Source: a virus
Taxonomy: Duplodnaviria > Caudoviricetes
Length of the DNA: 64,000 nucleotides
Reading direction: 5' to 3' (one strand)
IMG/VR virus record: IMGVR_UViG_3300029288_004108
Location: 13,651-77,650 of that record
The translations under genes were made by a program, and so were the position numbers. Positions 46,609 through 55,425 of this stretch are shown here, piece after piece (positions within the stretch are counted from its first letter, which is position 1; every line of letters starts with the position of its first letter). Below the pieces are notes generated by a model. That model was given only the letters and a program-made list of their open reading frames with translations, ran no database searches and had not been told where the DNA came from.

Positions 46609-47400
46609 TTATATAATTTTCTTGCGTTTACTTTCACTTATTTTCATTCTTGTTTCCATGGAGACAATACGTCCTGTTCTTTTCTCAGCAGATTTCCTTA
46701 CTGATTCCGGATTTTTCTTCCTTCCTTTCTGATATAAAGCTATTTTCTCTTTGGTTTCCTCAGAATGATGAAATCCTTTATTCCAATGACCCCCTCTTTC
46801 TTCTATTGCTTTACAAAGGCTTTTTGATAATTTCCTTTTAGTCTCTTCAGAAATTTTACATCCTTTATGAGAAATACTCTGGTGGAGAAGGGCTTCCGGA
46901 CTTGCTTTCTTTCCTTTATTCCAAGGTACTTGTGATCCCTTTTTCCCTTTATTCCAAGGGGGAGTTTTCATTTTCCTTCCTTTACTCCAAGGAATATGAC
47001 CTAATAAAGTTTTGGAAATTTGTTGCCGTTGCTCAATTGGTATAATTTTACCTTTTTGGGACTCTGATATTTTTCTTTTTGTTTCCTCTGTAAATTTTAC
47101 TCCTAAATTACTTTCAGCCTTCTTCCGAATATTAAAAGCAGGATGAAGTAAATCCATATAATATTGTTCTCTTTCTATTAATTTTTTCTTAGGGCAACTC
47201 TCTACTATAGAAAACACTAAATCATCTACCCCATATTTATTTGTATGATTTTGTAAGTGTCGAGTATTTTTATTATACCGAAGGGACATAATATGTTCTT
47301 TCCAACGCTTTCCTATATTAACGGCACTTCCAATATAAATCTTTCCATTTATTTTGGATTGAATTTGATAAATTCCAGATATATGTCTAAATCTAATCAT
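46609..47400 (-). CDS. GIY-YIG homing endonuclease with NUMOD3 repeats
   Basis: SGIYQIQSKINGKIYIGSA, REQYY, SEETKRKISES repeats. Confidence 0.92.
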   Translation of the reverse strand: MIRFRHISGIYQIQSKINGKIYIGSAVNIGKRWKEHIMSLRYNKNTRHLQNHTNKYGVDDLVFSIVESCPKKKLIEREQYYMDLLHPAFNIRKKAESNLGVKFTEETKRKISESQKGKIIPIEQRQQISKTLLGHIPWSKGRKMKTPPWNKGKKGSQVPWNKGKKASPEALLHQSISHKGCKISEETKRKLSKSLCKAIEERGGHWNKGFHHSEETKEKIALYQKGRKKNPESVRKSAEKRTGRIVSMETRMKISESKRKKII

Positions 47401-47403
47401 TTG

Positions 47404-48918
47404 TTAAGTAATCCTCTGAGCAAACTTTTTCTGTGTTAAATGGCTAAAAGCCCCGCTACAGGCATCAGTCTGATCTTTGTACGTGGAAGCTGGGAAAAAC
47501 CGAAGCTCTTCTATTAAATCCCTGTGCCAATTTCCAATCAGGAGCATTACATTCCCATTGTTTACCTGAACGGAAAATGGATCAGCTCTAAATGCCTTAT
47601 CACCTGTTGGTCTCTCAGCATAAGCCAAATAACCACCCAAATTACGAATTGTCCCTTCAGCTGATTCCTTACCACCTGAACCTGGTTCCTGTTCTATCCA
47701 AATGTGACATGATTTCCCATCCGTTTCCGCTACGTTTCTTATTATCCTTTCCCTTTCGTCTGTCCCCCAACGACCACGCTTTACATCCTCTATAACCCAG
47801 CGACCACTCATCAATAATGACATCTTCACCCCCGCTGTCCACGCTCCGGCATCCTGTGTTCCAGCTTTATCCCAATAACGGACTGTTTTTACAATGTGTG
47901 CAGGAGAAGGCATTTGGGTAAGGACTGTAAACCTATCAACCTTGAACATTCCTCCACCTGGAGGAGTCGGATTCTGTCCGATCTGTCCGGCATAACCATA
48001 TTGACCAAGGTCAGCCTGAAGGTCTTCCAACACCGGCCAAGACAGCCGACTTGGATCCATCAGATCATCTTTGTAGTATTTTATCAACTCCGGAGGTGAC
48101 ACCTGCTTACGAAAATTCCGGCATTCTCCGGGAATACATATATGTTTAATATTTTCCTTTTGTTTTGTCAGCATGTGCCCCGATGGATCATCCTGATGAA
48201 GACGCTGCATTATTAATATGGTAGGGGTAGTAGCTTTATCGGTTTTACGGGTAGAGAGCGTTTGTTCCATCCACCGGTTTGCATTCCCGAGTTCAATCTC
48301 GGATATTGCCTGAGTGGGATTAATCGGATCATCCACGATCAATATATCACCATGAAATCCCATAAGGGTACCACCGACGGATGTTGAAAACCGATATCCA
48401 CCCGGAGTGATTTTTGGAGGACGACCTGGAGATACCACTTCTTTTTTCACCATTTTGAAATTTGACTTGGTATCCTTATCCTCTTTTATGTCGATGTCAG
48501 GATAGAGTTCCTGGAATTTTCCCGATCTCACCAATTCCCTACAAGACTCTGCAGATTCCAACGACAAAGCTCCCGAGTAGGATGCACAGATAAACCTCAT
48601 CCACCACCACCGGGTCCAGCACCATACGGGAAACATTATTGAACATGTGATAGTTTTTGTGCTACCAGGTGGTACATTGATAATTGCATCATATTCCTTT
48701 GGTTTTTTCTCCGCTACCCGATAAGCGATATGTTCCAGCTCTCCACAAAGATACTCGATATGCCAGTTGGGTTGAAATTGATGAGCGGAGACGACAGGCC
48801 AGAAATACTGGAGAAAATGATAAAAAGACCGATTATTAAGTTCCCGGATTATAAGGAGGGGATTTTCCAATAATACCCGCATCCTTTCCTTTTTTGATTC
48901 TACATCAATCTCCGGCAT
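47404..48918 (-). CDS. terL: Terminase large subunit
   Basis: NVPPGSTKT Walker A, ILIVDDP Walker B, YWDKAG, DQTDA RNase H motifs. Confidence 0.93.
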   Translation of the reverse strand: MPEIDVESKKERMRVLLENPLLIIRELNNRSFYHFLQYFWPVVSAHQFQPNWHIEYLCGELEHIAYRVAEKKPKEYDAIINVPPGSTKTITCSIMFPVWCWTRWWWMRFICASYSGALSLESAESCRELVRSGKFQELYPDIDIKEDKDTKSNFKMVKKEVVSPGRPPKITPGGYRFSTSVGGTLMGFHGDILIVDDPINPTQAISEIELGNANRWMEQTLSTRKTDKATTPTILIMQRLHQDDPSGHMLTKQKENIKHICIPGECRNFRKQVSPPELIKYYKDDLMDPSRLSWPVLEDLQADLGQYGYAGQIGQNPTPPGGGMFKVDRFTVLTQMPSPAHIVKTVRYWDKAGTQDAGAWTAGVKMSLLMSGRWVIEDVKRGRWGTDERERIIRNVAETDGKSCHIWIEQEPGSGGKESAEGTIRNLGGYLAYAERPTGDKAFRADPFSVQVNNGNVMLLIGNWHRDLIEELRFFPASTYKDQTDACSGAFSHLTQKKFAQRIT

Positions 48919-49402
48919 CCGCTTGTGGTAATTGTTTTGATATTATGGATTTCATCAACATCAATTCCTCCGACGACATATCATCCATATTAAAATTATT
49001 GATATTGACTGTCCGATTATCTGTTATGGAAATATTATGAGATTCCGACCATTTCTCCCGCTGACGGAGAGAGAGCCATTTATTTGCCGCCCACGCATCA
49101 GGTCCTTTATACTTTTTAACTGTTGTAATAATCACCTCTCCTTTCACCACATGGACAACTTCCTCTTCATATTCATACCCCATTGCACACTTTAACAACG
49201 ACTCAGCCACCTTAGCGTCAGTCTGAATTTTCCCTCTCTCCATTGCTTCAGAGAACTCGGGTTTTGTGCGTTTCCAAAAATCAATCGTAACGGGTTCCAC
49301 TCCCAACACCTCAGCCACCTCCCGATCGGTTGCCCCAAGCAGACACAATAAATATACCTGCCTTGATAAATCCTCCTTCCACTTTATTGGGTATTTTGAC
49401 AT
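48905..49402 (-). CDS. terS: Terminase small subunit
   Basis: HTH GATDREVAEVLGVEPVTIDFWK, PEFSEAM..GK...DAKV; overlaps terL. Confidence 0.85.
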   Translation of the reverse strand: MSKYPIKWKEDLSRQVYLLCLLGATDREVAEVLGVEPVTIDFWKRTKPEFSEAMERGKIQTDAKVAESLLKCAMGYEYEEEVVHVVKGEVIITTVKKYKGPDAWAANKWLSLRQREKWSESHNISITDNRTVNINNFNMDDMSSEELMLMKSIISKQLPQADAGD

Positions 49403-49818
49403 TCCTCAAAATTTTTCCAGTCAAAAATAAAATTTCTTTTCAGATAACAATCATCCAATTCAATTATTCATATACATTTTTTCAATTTTCCAATTTTCAG
49501 ATATTCATGGAATATTTTTCAACACGTATCATTTTTCATAAAATCTTTGGAGGAATTTTTTCATTCCAAAACCAAAATAAAATTTTGAAAATTTTTACCC
49601 ACTAATAAAATAAAGAGTTCCAAGATAAAAACACCAAATCTGAAAAACAATCGATCCCTATATATAGATAAATATGATTATATCAGTATATATTTATTGG
49701 AGGAATAATTCCTTTTTCTCGTTTGGAGATGAGAATATTCCGGAAAACACGGTGCAGACCATTTTGACACGTCAGAATTTTAGTGGGGTCCTTGACCCGA
49801 TTCCCCAATATCCATCCG

Positions 49819-49842
49819 TCAGATAGGGGGGTCCCTATCTGA
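49819..49842. repeat. Perfect 10-bp stem hairpin
   Basis: TCAGATAGGG-GGGT-CCCTATCTGA. Confidence 0.85.
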
Positions 49843-49867
49843 TCATATCTATATATGTAGATATATC

Positions 49868-49961
49868 CATATATTGATTGATCCCGTATCGTATTGATAT
49901 ATTGATATATGTAAATGTTTCTGTATCTATGATACGATACATATCTAATTATCAATATATG
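49868..49961. repeat. Nested inverted repeats (about 94-nt imperfect palindrome)
   Basis: CATATATTGAT/ATCAATATATG enclosing GTATCGTAT/ATACGATAC. Confidence 0.8.
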
Positions 49962-50383
49962 TTATTTATTCATTATTTTATTTTTAAATTGATCACCTGG
50001 GTTCAGTAGGGGTCAGGGGACTTTTTGATATTTTCAGATTCCCATATCTATATATTTACATACTTATATATTTACCTAATTATATATACATTGATACCCC
50101 TCCTATTCATATATTACCCCTTCTCCGGGAAGAATACAATACATATGATCATATCTACATATATCTATTATTCCTCCTCCTTACATATATACATATCTAT
50201 ATTTATTCCTCCTCTCTTTGATATTGATCTTTTATATATTCCTATTCATCTTTTTCATTATTATGTGTCTTTTCTCCTTATTTTATATTCCTGGATATCA
50301 GTCTACATCATTATTTAGAATCATTATAAATTACGGTTTATTATTAAAATATTCAATAAAACAGTTTTTAAATCAATATATTT

Positions 50384-50395
50384 ACCGTATCTTTA
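50384..50395 (+). promoter_or_regulatory. Putative early promoter -7 element
   Basis: ACCGTATCTTTA; matches ACC-TATCTTTA upstream of the next gene; both are followed by ATTTATTAATCA. Confidence 0.5.
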
Positions 50396-50438
50396 TATCG
50401 TTATCAATTTATTAATCATTTAATCGTTCTTTCAAACT

Positions 50439-50768
50439 ATGACAAACAAGACCAAATCAGCCCACGGAGTGGATACACTCCCGGCTACCGACGAATCCAT
50501 GTTCAACGACCTTCAGACCATCCGTCAGGAGGAAACTCCCAAAAAGGAGCCCAAAGTGACCAAGAAAGTGATCGTCATCAGGAACCTTGAAAAAGAGGGT
50601 GGGGCAACCATTGATCGTATCGCTCAGGAGATTGTTGACCTGGGTATGGACTCAGACCTTGAAAAGAATAAGAGGGTCGTCCGACTCTGGATCAGCAAAA
50701 TAGGGTTTAAGGTCGACTCCCGTAAGGAGGAGGAATCAGGAGCCCGCTACTACTTTAAGGCAAAGTAG
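50439..50768 (+). CDS. Putative winged-helix DNA-binding protein, first early gene
   Basis: KEGGATIDRIAQEI...VVRLWISK...GARYY; has its own promoter and terminator. Confidence 0.5.
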   Translation: MTNKTKSAHGVDTLPATDESMFNDLQTIRQEETPKKEPKVTKKVIVIRNLEKEGGATIDRIAQEIVDLGMDSDLEKNKRVVRLWISKIGFKVDSRKEEESGARYYFKAK

Positions 50769-50784
50769 TCAGTCTGGAGAAATG

Positions 50785-50812
50785 AGTCCGGGAATTTTTC
50801 CGGACTTTTTTT
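50785..50812 (+). terminator. Rho-independent terminator
   Basis: AGTCCGGGA-ATTT-TTCCGGACT followed by a T run. Confidence 0.85.
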
Positions 50813-50889
50813 GTGTCCGTGGGTCTTTGGTTGTCCTATTTAAATTGACTCTAAATTAAGATGACATCAAAAGAATTTCTCCCGTCAAT

Positions 50890-50920
50890 TTTGATCGTTA
50901 TTTTTATCTACCTATCTTTA
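50890..50920 (+). promoter_or_regulatory. Bacteroidota-type promoter
   Basis: TTTG-N19-TATCTTTA. Confidence 0.6.
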
Positions 50921-50960
50921 TTATGATAAAATCATTTATTAATCAAATAATTTCATTATC

Positions 50961-51266
50961 ATGAAACAGATTCCAACACTTAACCTTCTCCCGCATTCCC
51001 TTGGTCATACCCAGCGGGGTAAACTCATTTATGATCGTATTGGTTCCTGGTCGGAGATGTGGATTGCCCATTGGACCTGGACAGCTGCTGATCACTTTGA
51101 AGCTGAAAAAATTATCCGTGAAAAAGTTCTGAAAGGCTATTTCACAAAAAAGGTAATGTATATCAATAATTCAAGGCAGACAATGTACCGTATGGAGGAT
51201 ACCTCAGATCAGGCCCTCCTTGTTGCCCAAATGCATCATGAATTAGGAAAAAGGAAACAAAAATAA
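50961..51266 (+). CDS. Hypothetical early protein
   Basis: 101 aa ORF downstream of a promoter. Confidence 0.6.
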   Translation: MKQIPTLNLLPHSLGHTQRGKLIYDRIGSWSEMWIAHWTWTAADHFEAEKIIREKVLKGYFTKKVMYINNSRQTMYRMEDTSDQALLVAQMHHELGKRKQK

Positions 51267-51274
51267 AGATTATA

Positions 51275-51344
51275 CTCCGGTAACAACCCTGGCAGGACTC
51301 AAAAATAATAATGAGTGAAAGTTCGATCCTTTCTGCCGGAGCAA
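51275..51344 (+). ncRNA. tRNA-like element with degenerate anticodon arm
   Basis: Acceptor stem CTCCGGTA/TGCCGGAG, T-arm GAAAG-TTCGATC-CTTTC, CCTGGCAGG D-like arm, ACTCA/TGAGT stem with a 10-nt A-rich loop. Confidence 0.55.
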
Positions 51345-51389
51345 CTCAAAAATGTTCTTTCTTTATTTATTAATCAAAAAATTAAAACA

Positions 51390-51482
51390 ATGAAAAAAGT
51401 AGTAGAAATTTCAGAAAAAATCCTTTGGATTTATTACATCATCGCCGTAGCATTTGTTGTAGTAACAACCACTATCTGGTAA
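51390..51482 (+). CDS. 30-aa single-TM peptide
   Basis: MKKVVEISEKILWIYYIIAVAFVVVTTTIW with an A-rich leader; below the ORF-track cutoff. Confidence 0.5.
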   Translation: MKKVVEISEKILWIYYIIAVAFVVVTTTIW

Positions 51483-51486
51483 AAAC

Positions 51487-51540
51487 AGCAAGGGACAATC
51501 TCGTGAAAGCCGAGATCAGGAAGTAATTCCTGCTCCGCTC
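51487..51540 (+). ncRNA. Candidate structured RNA with two GNRA-capped hairpins
   Basis: ATCTCGT-GAAA-GCCGAGAT directly followed by CAGGAA-GTAA-TTCCTG; a GC-rich island in AT-rich DNA. Confidence 0.45.
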
Positions 51541-51541
51541 A

Positions 51542-51784
51542 ATGTTTAACTTAAAAATTGGAAAGATGAGAACTATTGAAAATGATTACAAAAGGAAAGC
51601 CTATTTTGATTCTGTAATAGATGCATATATCAATGGGAATATAAAATATCACAAAGATTTACTGGGGAAATTAAGTAAAATTGATATTGTCAGACTAACA
51701 AATTATTTGAGATTCTTTACTTATGGTTTGTATTTGGATATAAATGGAAATAAAGAATTAAATTTATTTGAACTAAAAAAATAA
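51542..51784 (+). CDS. Hypothetical early protein
   Basis: 80 aa ORF. Confidence 0.5.
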   Translation: MFNLKIGKMRTIENDYKRKAYFDSVIDAYINGNIKYHKDLLGKLSKIDIVRLTNYLRFFTYGLYLDINGNKELNLFELKK

Positions 51785-51788
51785 TACT

Positions 51789-52016
51789 ATGAAAAACACA
51801 TTTTACAACTGGGACAATTCCCTTACAAAATATGCTTTCTGTTGTGGATATGTCCAACGGAAGGAAAAGAATGGAAAATGGAAGAAAATGTATATGGAAC
51901 ATAATCATTTCCATGTTTTAGCTGGTGAAGACGGAGAAAAATATAAGTTGTGGGAAGTCTTTGAATATGATCAGCTCACAAAAGCAAGGAAATTCTTCAA
52001 ATCAATAAAACTATGA
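51789..52016 (+). CDS. Hypothetical early protein
   Basis: 75 aa; LTKYAFCCGYVQ. Confidence 0.6.
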   Translation: MKNTFYNWDNSLTKYAFCCGYVQRKEKNGKWKKMYMEHNHFHVLAGEDGEKYKLWEVFEYDQLTKARKFFKSIKL

Positions 52017-52234
52017 GAATTAGAAACGGACTTTTGTATTTAAACAATCGTGGTTCCAGGTGGATTGTCTATAAAAATGGACATCTTGAAAAAAGAACCT
52101 GGAAAACTCAGTCAGGGAAAGAAATAACTCGGGCTGTACTCTTTTATGAATCCTTTGGAAATTTTGGTTCCTGCTGTATTTCCTATAAAGGGAAGAAAAT
52201 AATGGTTTTGGCTGATACAATTTTAGACGATTAA
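52013..52234 (+). CDS. Hypothetical early protein
   Basis: 73 aa, ATGA-coupled. Confidence 0.55.
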   Translation: MRIRNGLLYLNNRGSRWIVYKNGHLEKRTWKTQSGKEITRAVLFYESFGNFGSCCISYKGKKIMVLADTILDD

Positions 52235-52246
52235 AACTTCAAAACA

Positions 52247-52585
52247 ATGTTCTTAGACGAAAGACTATTTCAAATAGGATCAAAATTCAATGGTTTAAAC
52301 GATATTGAGTTGATCAAAGAAATGATTAAGGAATGTATAAAGGAATCTCAGATTATCCTCAAAATAACTCAAGATGATAGTTATTTGGAACCAACATTCA
52401 AAAGAATTAATAATTCTTGGAACATAGCTATTAAGAAACTAAGAAATGAAAATAAATCATTTGTAGATGAGGATGGTTTCTTATCATTTCTATTACTCAA
52501 TGACCTTTTTAAAGTTGTTCATCCAATTGTTAGTAAAATATTTAAAGACATTAGGAAAAATGAATCCAACAAAAGAAGAACTTGA
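52247..52585 (+). CDS. Hypothetical early protein
   Basis: 112 aa helical ORF. Confidence 0.55.
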   Translation: MFLDERLFQIGSKFNGLNDIELIKEMIKECIKESQIILKITQDDSYLEPTFKRINNSWNIAIKKLRNENKSFVDEDGFLSFLLLNDLFKVVHPIVSKIFKDIRKNESNKRRT

Positions 52586-52718
52586 AGATACTCTGTGGTT
52601 CTATGAAAATATGGACGACAGATTGACTGATTCCGATATCCTTGACATTTGGAATGTTGAAGATCATCTCCGGACACTCCGCCAATATTACCCAGCTTAT
52701 GCATATAACATGAACTGA
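52560..52718 (+). CDS. Hypothetical early protein
   Basis: ATG at 52560; MNPTKEELEDTLWFY. Confidence 0.5.
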   Translation: MNPTKEELEDTLWFYENMDDRLTDSDILDIWNVEDHLRTLRQYYPAYAYNMN

Positions 52719-52850
52719 GCGATTTTAAAAGGATGTAAGGGGAGATAATAAAAAATGATATCCCAATATCAGGGCAGGAGTACAAATTGATGTAAGGGGG
52801 GTTCCTTTTAGAGGAAAATGGCTTAATCTGAAAGATATTAAAAAAAGATA

Positions 52851-53168
52851 ATGACTCAAAGATTTTCATTAAAACCATTTTTAAATTCAGATAATTTTAT
52901 TATCTTTAATTTTGATATCAAATTATCTGAACTATTTATGACAATTTCTCTGAAGGAAAATACATATCAAATCACAAAAATTGGTAGTAGGAAGGCTTTA
53001 AAAGTCGTTGTTTCCAATGCGGGACTGACGATTGAATTTAAACGGATATCCGATGGCTGGATGTCGACACATCAAAGTTTATCAGATCCGATATTCCCTG
53101 AAGATGATGTTTGGCAAATCCTGGAAATACTTGATTTCTTATATATCTTGAAAAATCAATTAAACTGA
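52851..53168 (+). CDS. Hypothetical early protein
   Basis: 105 aa ORF. Confidence 0.5.
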   Translation: MTQRFSLKPFLNSDNFIIFNFDIKLSELFMTISLKENTYQITKIGSRKALKVVVSNAGLTIEFKRISDGWMSTHQSLSDPIFPEDDVWQILEILDFLYILKNQLN

Positions 53169-53173
53169 AAAAG

Positions 53174-53422
53174 ATGAATAAACTAACTGAAATGTTTGAC
53201 TTAGGCAAGGTCAGACAAATGATTAAAGAATGTCCAAAGGATGAGACAGTCATTCTTTGTGGGCATTGGTCAATAAACCGTCCAAAATACTCTGACGAAG
53301 AACAGGAAATAGCCTGTGAGTATTTTGATGCAGAGGATTTTGAAGCAGAAGTCGGATGTTCCCTCATCTGGACTGATTATGATGATCTTGTATTGGATCC
53401 ACATGGAGTTTATCAATTTTAA
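53174..53422 (+). CDS. Hypothetical acidic protein
   Basis: 82 aa ORF. Confidence 0.55.
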   Translation: MNKLTEMFDLGKVRQMIKECPKDETVILCGHWSINRPKYSDEEQEIACEYFDAEDFEAEVGCSLIWTDYDDLVLDPHGVYQF

Positions 53423-53433
53423 AAATAGAAAAG

Positions 53434-54213
53434 ATGAAAACAAAAATTCAGATTAAATCTTATTTTGGAAATGTTCTTTTTGAATTTGAAAAGGAAGACA
53501 ATTCTATTAAACAAACACTTGAAGAAGCCATAAGGCAGAGAGCTAATTTACAGAGAGCTGATTTGCAGAGAGCTGATTTGCAGAGAGCTGATTTGTATGG
53601 AGCTGATTTGCGGGGAGCTAATTTGCAGAGAGCTTATTTGTATGGAGCTTATTTGCAGGGAGCTGATTTGCAGGGAGCTAATTTGCAGGGAGCTAATTTG
53701 CAGGGAGCTAATTTGTATGGAGCTAATTTGTAGGGAGCTAATTTGCAGGGAGCTAATTTGCAGAGAGCTAATTTGCAGGGAGCTAATTTGCAGAGAGCTA
53801 ATTTGCAGGGAGCTAATTTGCAGAGAGCTAATTTGCAGAGAGCTAATTTGCAGAGAGCTGATTTAGAAAAAATCAGACATCTATTTTCTATACTTCCTGA
53901 AGGGGAATTAATAGTATGGAAAAAATTACGAGATGGATATGTAGCTAAACTTCTCATTCCTACAAAAGCAAAAAGAGTAAATGCTTTATCATCCAGAAAG
54001 TGCAGATTTGAATATGCAAAAGTTATAAAAATTTACTCCAGTAGAAGAAAAATTTTTCATGGAGAAGTTGCAGGACTACATGATTCTACTTTTATGTATA
54101 AAGAAGGGGAAACTGTAAGACCAGACTCATTCAATGATTCTCCACTTATTGAATGCTCAAATGGGATCCATGCTTTTATTACAAGGAAAGAAGCTGAAGA
54201 ATATGAAGATTAA
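53434..54213 (+). pseudogene. Pentapeptide repeat protein with DUF5758-like C-terminus, interrupted by an in-frame TAG at 53731
   Basis: One frame across both ORFs; A(N/D)LQ(G/R) repeats; C-terminal LLIP..AKR..RKCR..GIHAFITRKEAEEY. Confidence 0.8.
53536..53865 (+). repeat. 22 tandem copies of a 15-bp unit
   Basis: Consensus CAG(A/G)GAGCT(A/G)ATTTG. Confidence 0.92.
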
Positions 54214-54218
54214 ATAAA

Positions 54219-54446
54219 ATGAAAAAACTACTTAGACATAACTGGGGAAAAGGCAGATCATGGCCTTACAGACATGTTTGCGTAAAATGTGGATGTGTAA
54301 AATACTTTGATTTTGATTACCAGAGAATAATGTATCAGTGGGGAACAAAAACAACTTATCGTCCACCTGATTGTATTGCAGTAATAAATGGTCAGAAACC
54401 ATATGATCCGGAACTTGTAAAATCAATTAAATCTGAACAAAAATGA
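54219..54446 (+). CDS. Small Cys/His-containing protein
   Basis: RHNW...RHVCVKCGC motif. Confidence 0.55.
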   Translation: MKKLLRHNWGKGRSWPYRHVCVKCGCVKYFDFDYQRIMYQWGTKTTYRPPDCIAVINGQKPYDPELVKSIKSEQK

Positions 54447-54640
54447 CAACCAGAAAAGAACTTGAATTATCTGTAGGAGCTATGAATAAGCCCTTACAGG
54501 AAAGAGTAGAATCAATGACACTCATTGAACTACTCAGAAACTGTGATCCGGCATACCGGAGTGACTTTGCCAGCCGATTATACAAAGCTGGTGATCTTAA
54601 AAAGGAAGAAGCAAAAGAATTTACAAAAATTGTTGGTTAA
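54443..54640 (+). CDS. Hypothetical protein
   Basis: 65 aa, ATGA-coupled. Confidence 0.55.
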   Translation: MTTRKELELSVGAMNKPLQERVESMTLIELLRNCDPAYRSDFASRLYKAGDLKKEEAKEFTKIVG

Positions 54641-54659
54641 ACTTTAAAAATCTGAAAAA

Positions 54660-55040
54660 ATGTGCTTAGTAACAAGACAAATCAAACCAAAGACAATGAA
54701 GAAAGACTTGATTGTCTGGAAATCTGTAAAATTAGATTGGAGTGATAGAAACAAGGCTTATAGTAGATATTATGAGTTTGAATGGACGAGAGGAGTAATA
54801 TATGAAAAAGATCTGGTAAAGACTCGTTCTACTTGGAAAGAAGCTGAAAAATATGATTATGTAGTATGGGTAGCTTATCCAGATCAGACTGGAAAATTTA
54901 CTTCAGTATCTGAAGGATTTCATGCCTGTAAGCAAGAAAGAAGAGGTGGCGCTTGGGATAGATTCCTTATACCAAAAGGTGCATTGTATTTTGAAGATGA
55001 ATCAGGATTAATCGTAGCAAATAAAATGATGTACATATGA
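54660..55040 (+). CDS. Hypothetical protein of a common Bacteroidota-phage type
   Basis: MCL...DLIVWK...EGFHAC...LIPKGALYF pattern. Confidence 0.55.
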   Translation: MCLVTRQIKPKTMKKDLIVWKSVKLDWSDRNKAYSRYYEFEWTRGVIYEKDLVKTRSTWKEAEKYDYVVWVAYPDQTGKFTSVSEGFHACKQERRGGAWDRFLIPKGALYFEDESGLIVANKMMYI

Positions 55041-55264
55041 CAGTAGGGGAATTAAGAGACCTGTTAGAAGGACTTGACGATGATGTTGAAGTCCGTCTTG
55101 CTATGCAACCTGCATGGCCGTTTGAATATTCTATTGGTGATTCTTGTCTGATTGAAAAAGAGGATGAGAATAATCAAAGAGAAGAAACTATTTTGTATCT
55201 TGTAGAAGGAGAGCAGCTTGATTATCTTCCGGAAGATGTATGTGATAAACTTGGTTGGAAATAA
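55037..55264 (+). CDS. Hypothetical acidic protein
   Basis: MTVGELRDLLEGLDDDVEVRLAMQPAWPFEYSI. Confidence 0.6.
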   Translation: MTVGELRDLLEGLDDDVEVRLAMQPAWPFEYSIGDSCLIEKEDENNQREETILYLVEGEQLDYLPEDVCDKLGWK

Positions 55265-55275
55265 AAATCTGAAAA

Positions 55276-55425
55276 ATGACAAAAGCAGAAATATTTAAAA
55301 AAATGGAAGAGATTCTTGAAATATCAAGTAAAGAAACTCTTCTCACACTGATGTTTAATTATTTTCCATCAGATGATCTGGAAGGATTTCTGGAATTCAT
55401 AAAGGAGGAATTTGAATATGAATAA
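55276..55425 (+). CDS. 49-aa hypothetical protein
   Basis: MTKAEIFKKMEEILEIS... preceded by AAAATCTGAAAA; below the track cutoff. Confidence 0.5.
   Translation: MTKAEIFKKMEEILEISSKETLLTLMFNYFPSDDLEGFLEFIKEEFEYE

Larger units (their letters stand above)
49403..50438. other. AT-rich non-coding switch region between divergent late and early arms (candidate packaging/terminus/origin region)
   Basis: About 1 kb with no credible ORF, AT dinucleotide runs, hairpins, and strong C-over-G skew at about 50040-50300. Confidence 0.6.

Noticed and set aside
8607-48099. Numerous + strand ORFs antisense to the late genes (e.g. 8922, 14999, 23317, 28049, 37856)
   Set aside because: They fully overlap well-supported minus-strand genes and show no recognisable motifs.
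46609-48918. Group I intron or intein in terminase
   Set aside because: TerL has complete ATPase and nuclease motifs in one ORF, and the GIY-YIG gene starts after its stop.
49683-50415. ORFs of 65-97 aa in the switch region
   Set aside because: Ile/Tyr-rich translations of low-complexity AT DNA with no start context.
51275-51344. Functional tRNA or amber suppressor
   Set aside because: The loop is 10 nt with no U-turn or CUA anticodon, the D-arm is reduced and there is no variable loop; kept only as a tRNA-like element.
53731-53733. TAG-to-Gln recoding (genetic code 15), as in some crAss-like phages
   Set aside because: Long conserved genes have no in-frame TAG. TAG ends several genes (5206, 17122, tandem TAGTAG after the tail tube, 50768 right before a terminator). 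The in-frame neighbour at 3150/3154 is insufficient evidence on its own.
53536-53865. CRISPR array
   Set aside because: Contiguous 15-bp coding repeats with no spacers. No CRISPR array was seen anywhere in the window.
53597-53957. ELICRELIC and CKLAPCKLA ORFs
   Set aside because: Alternative-frame shadows of the pentapeptide repeat.
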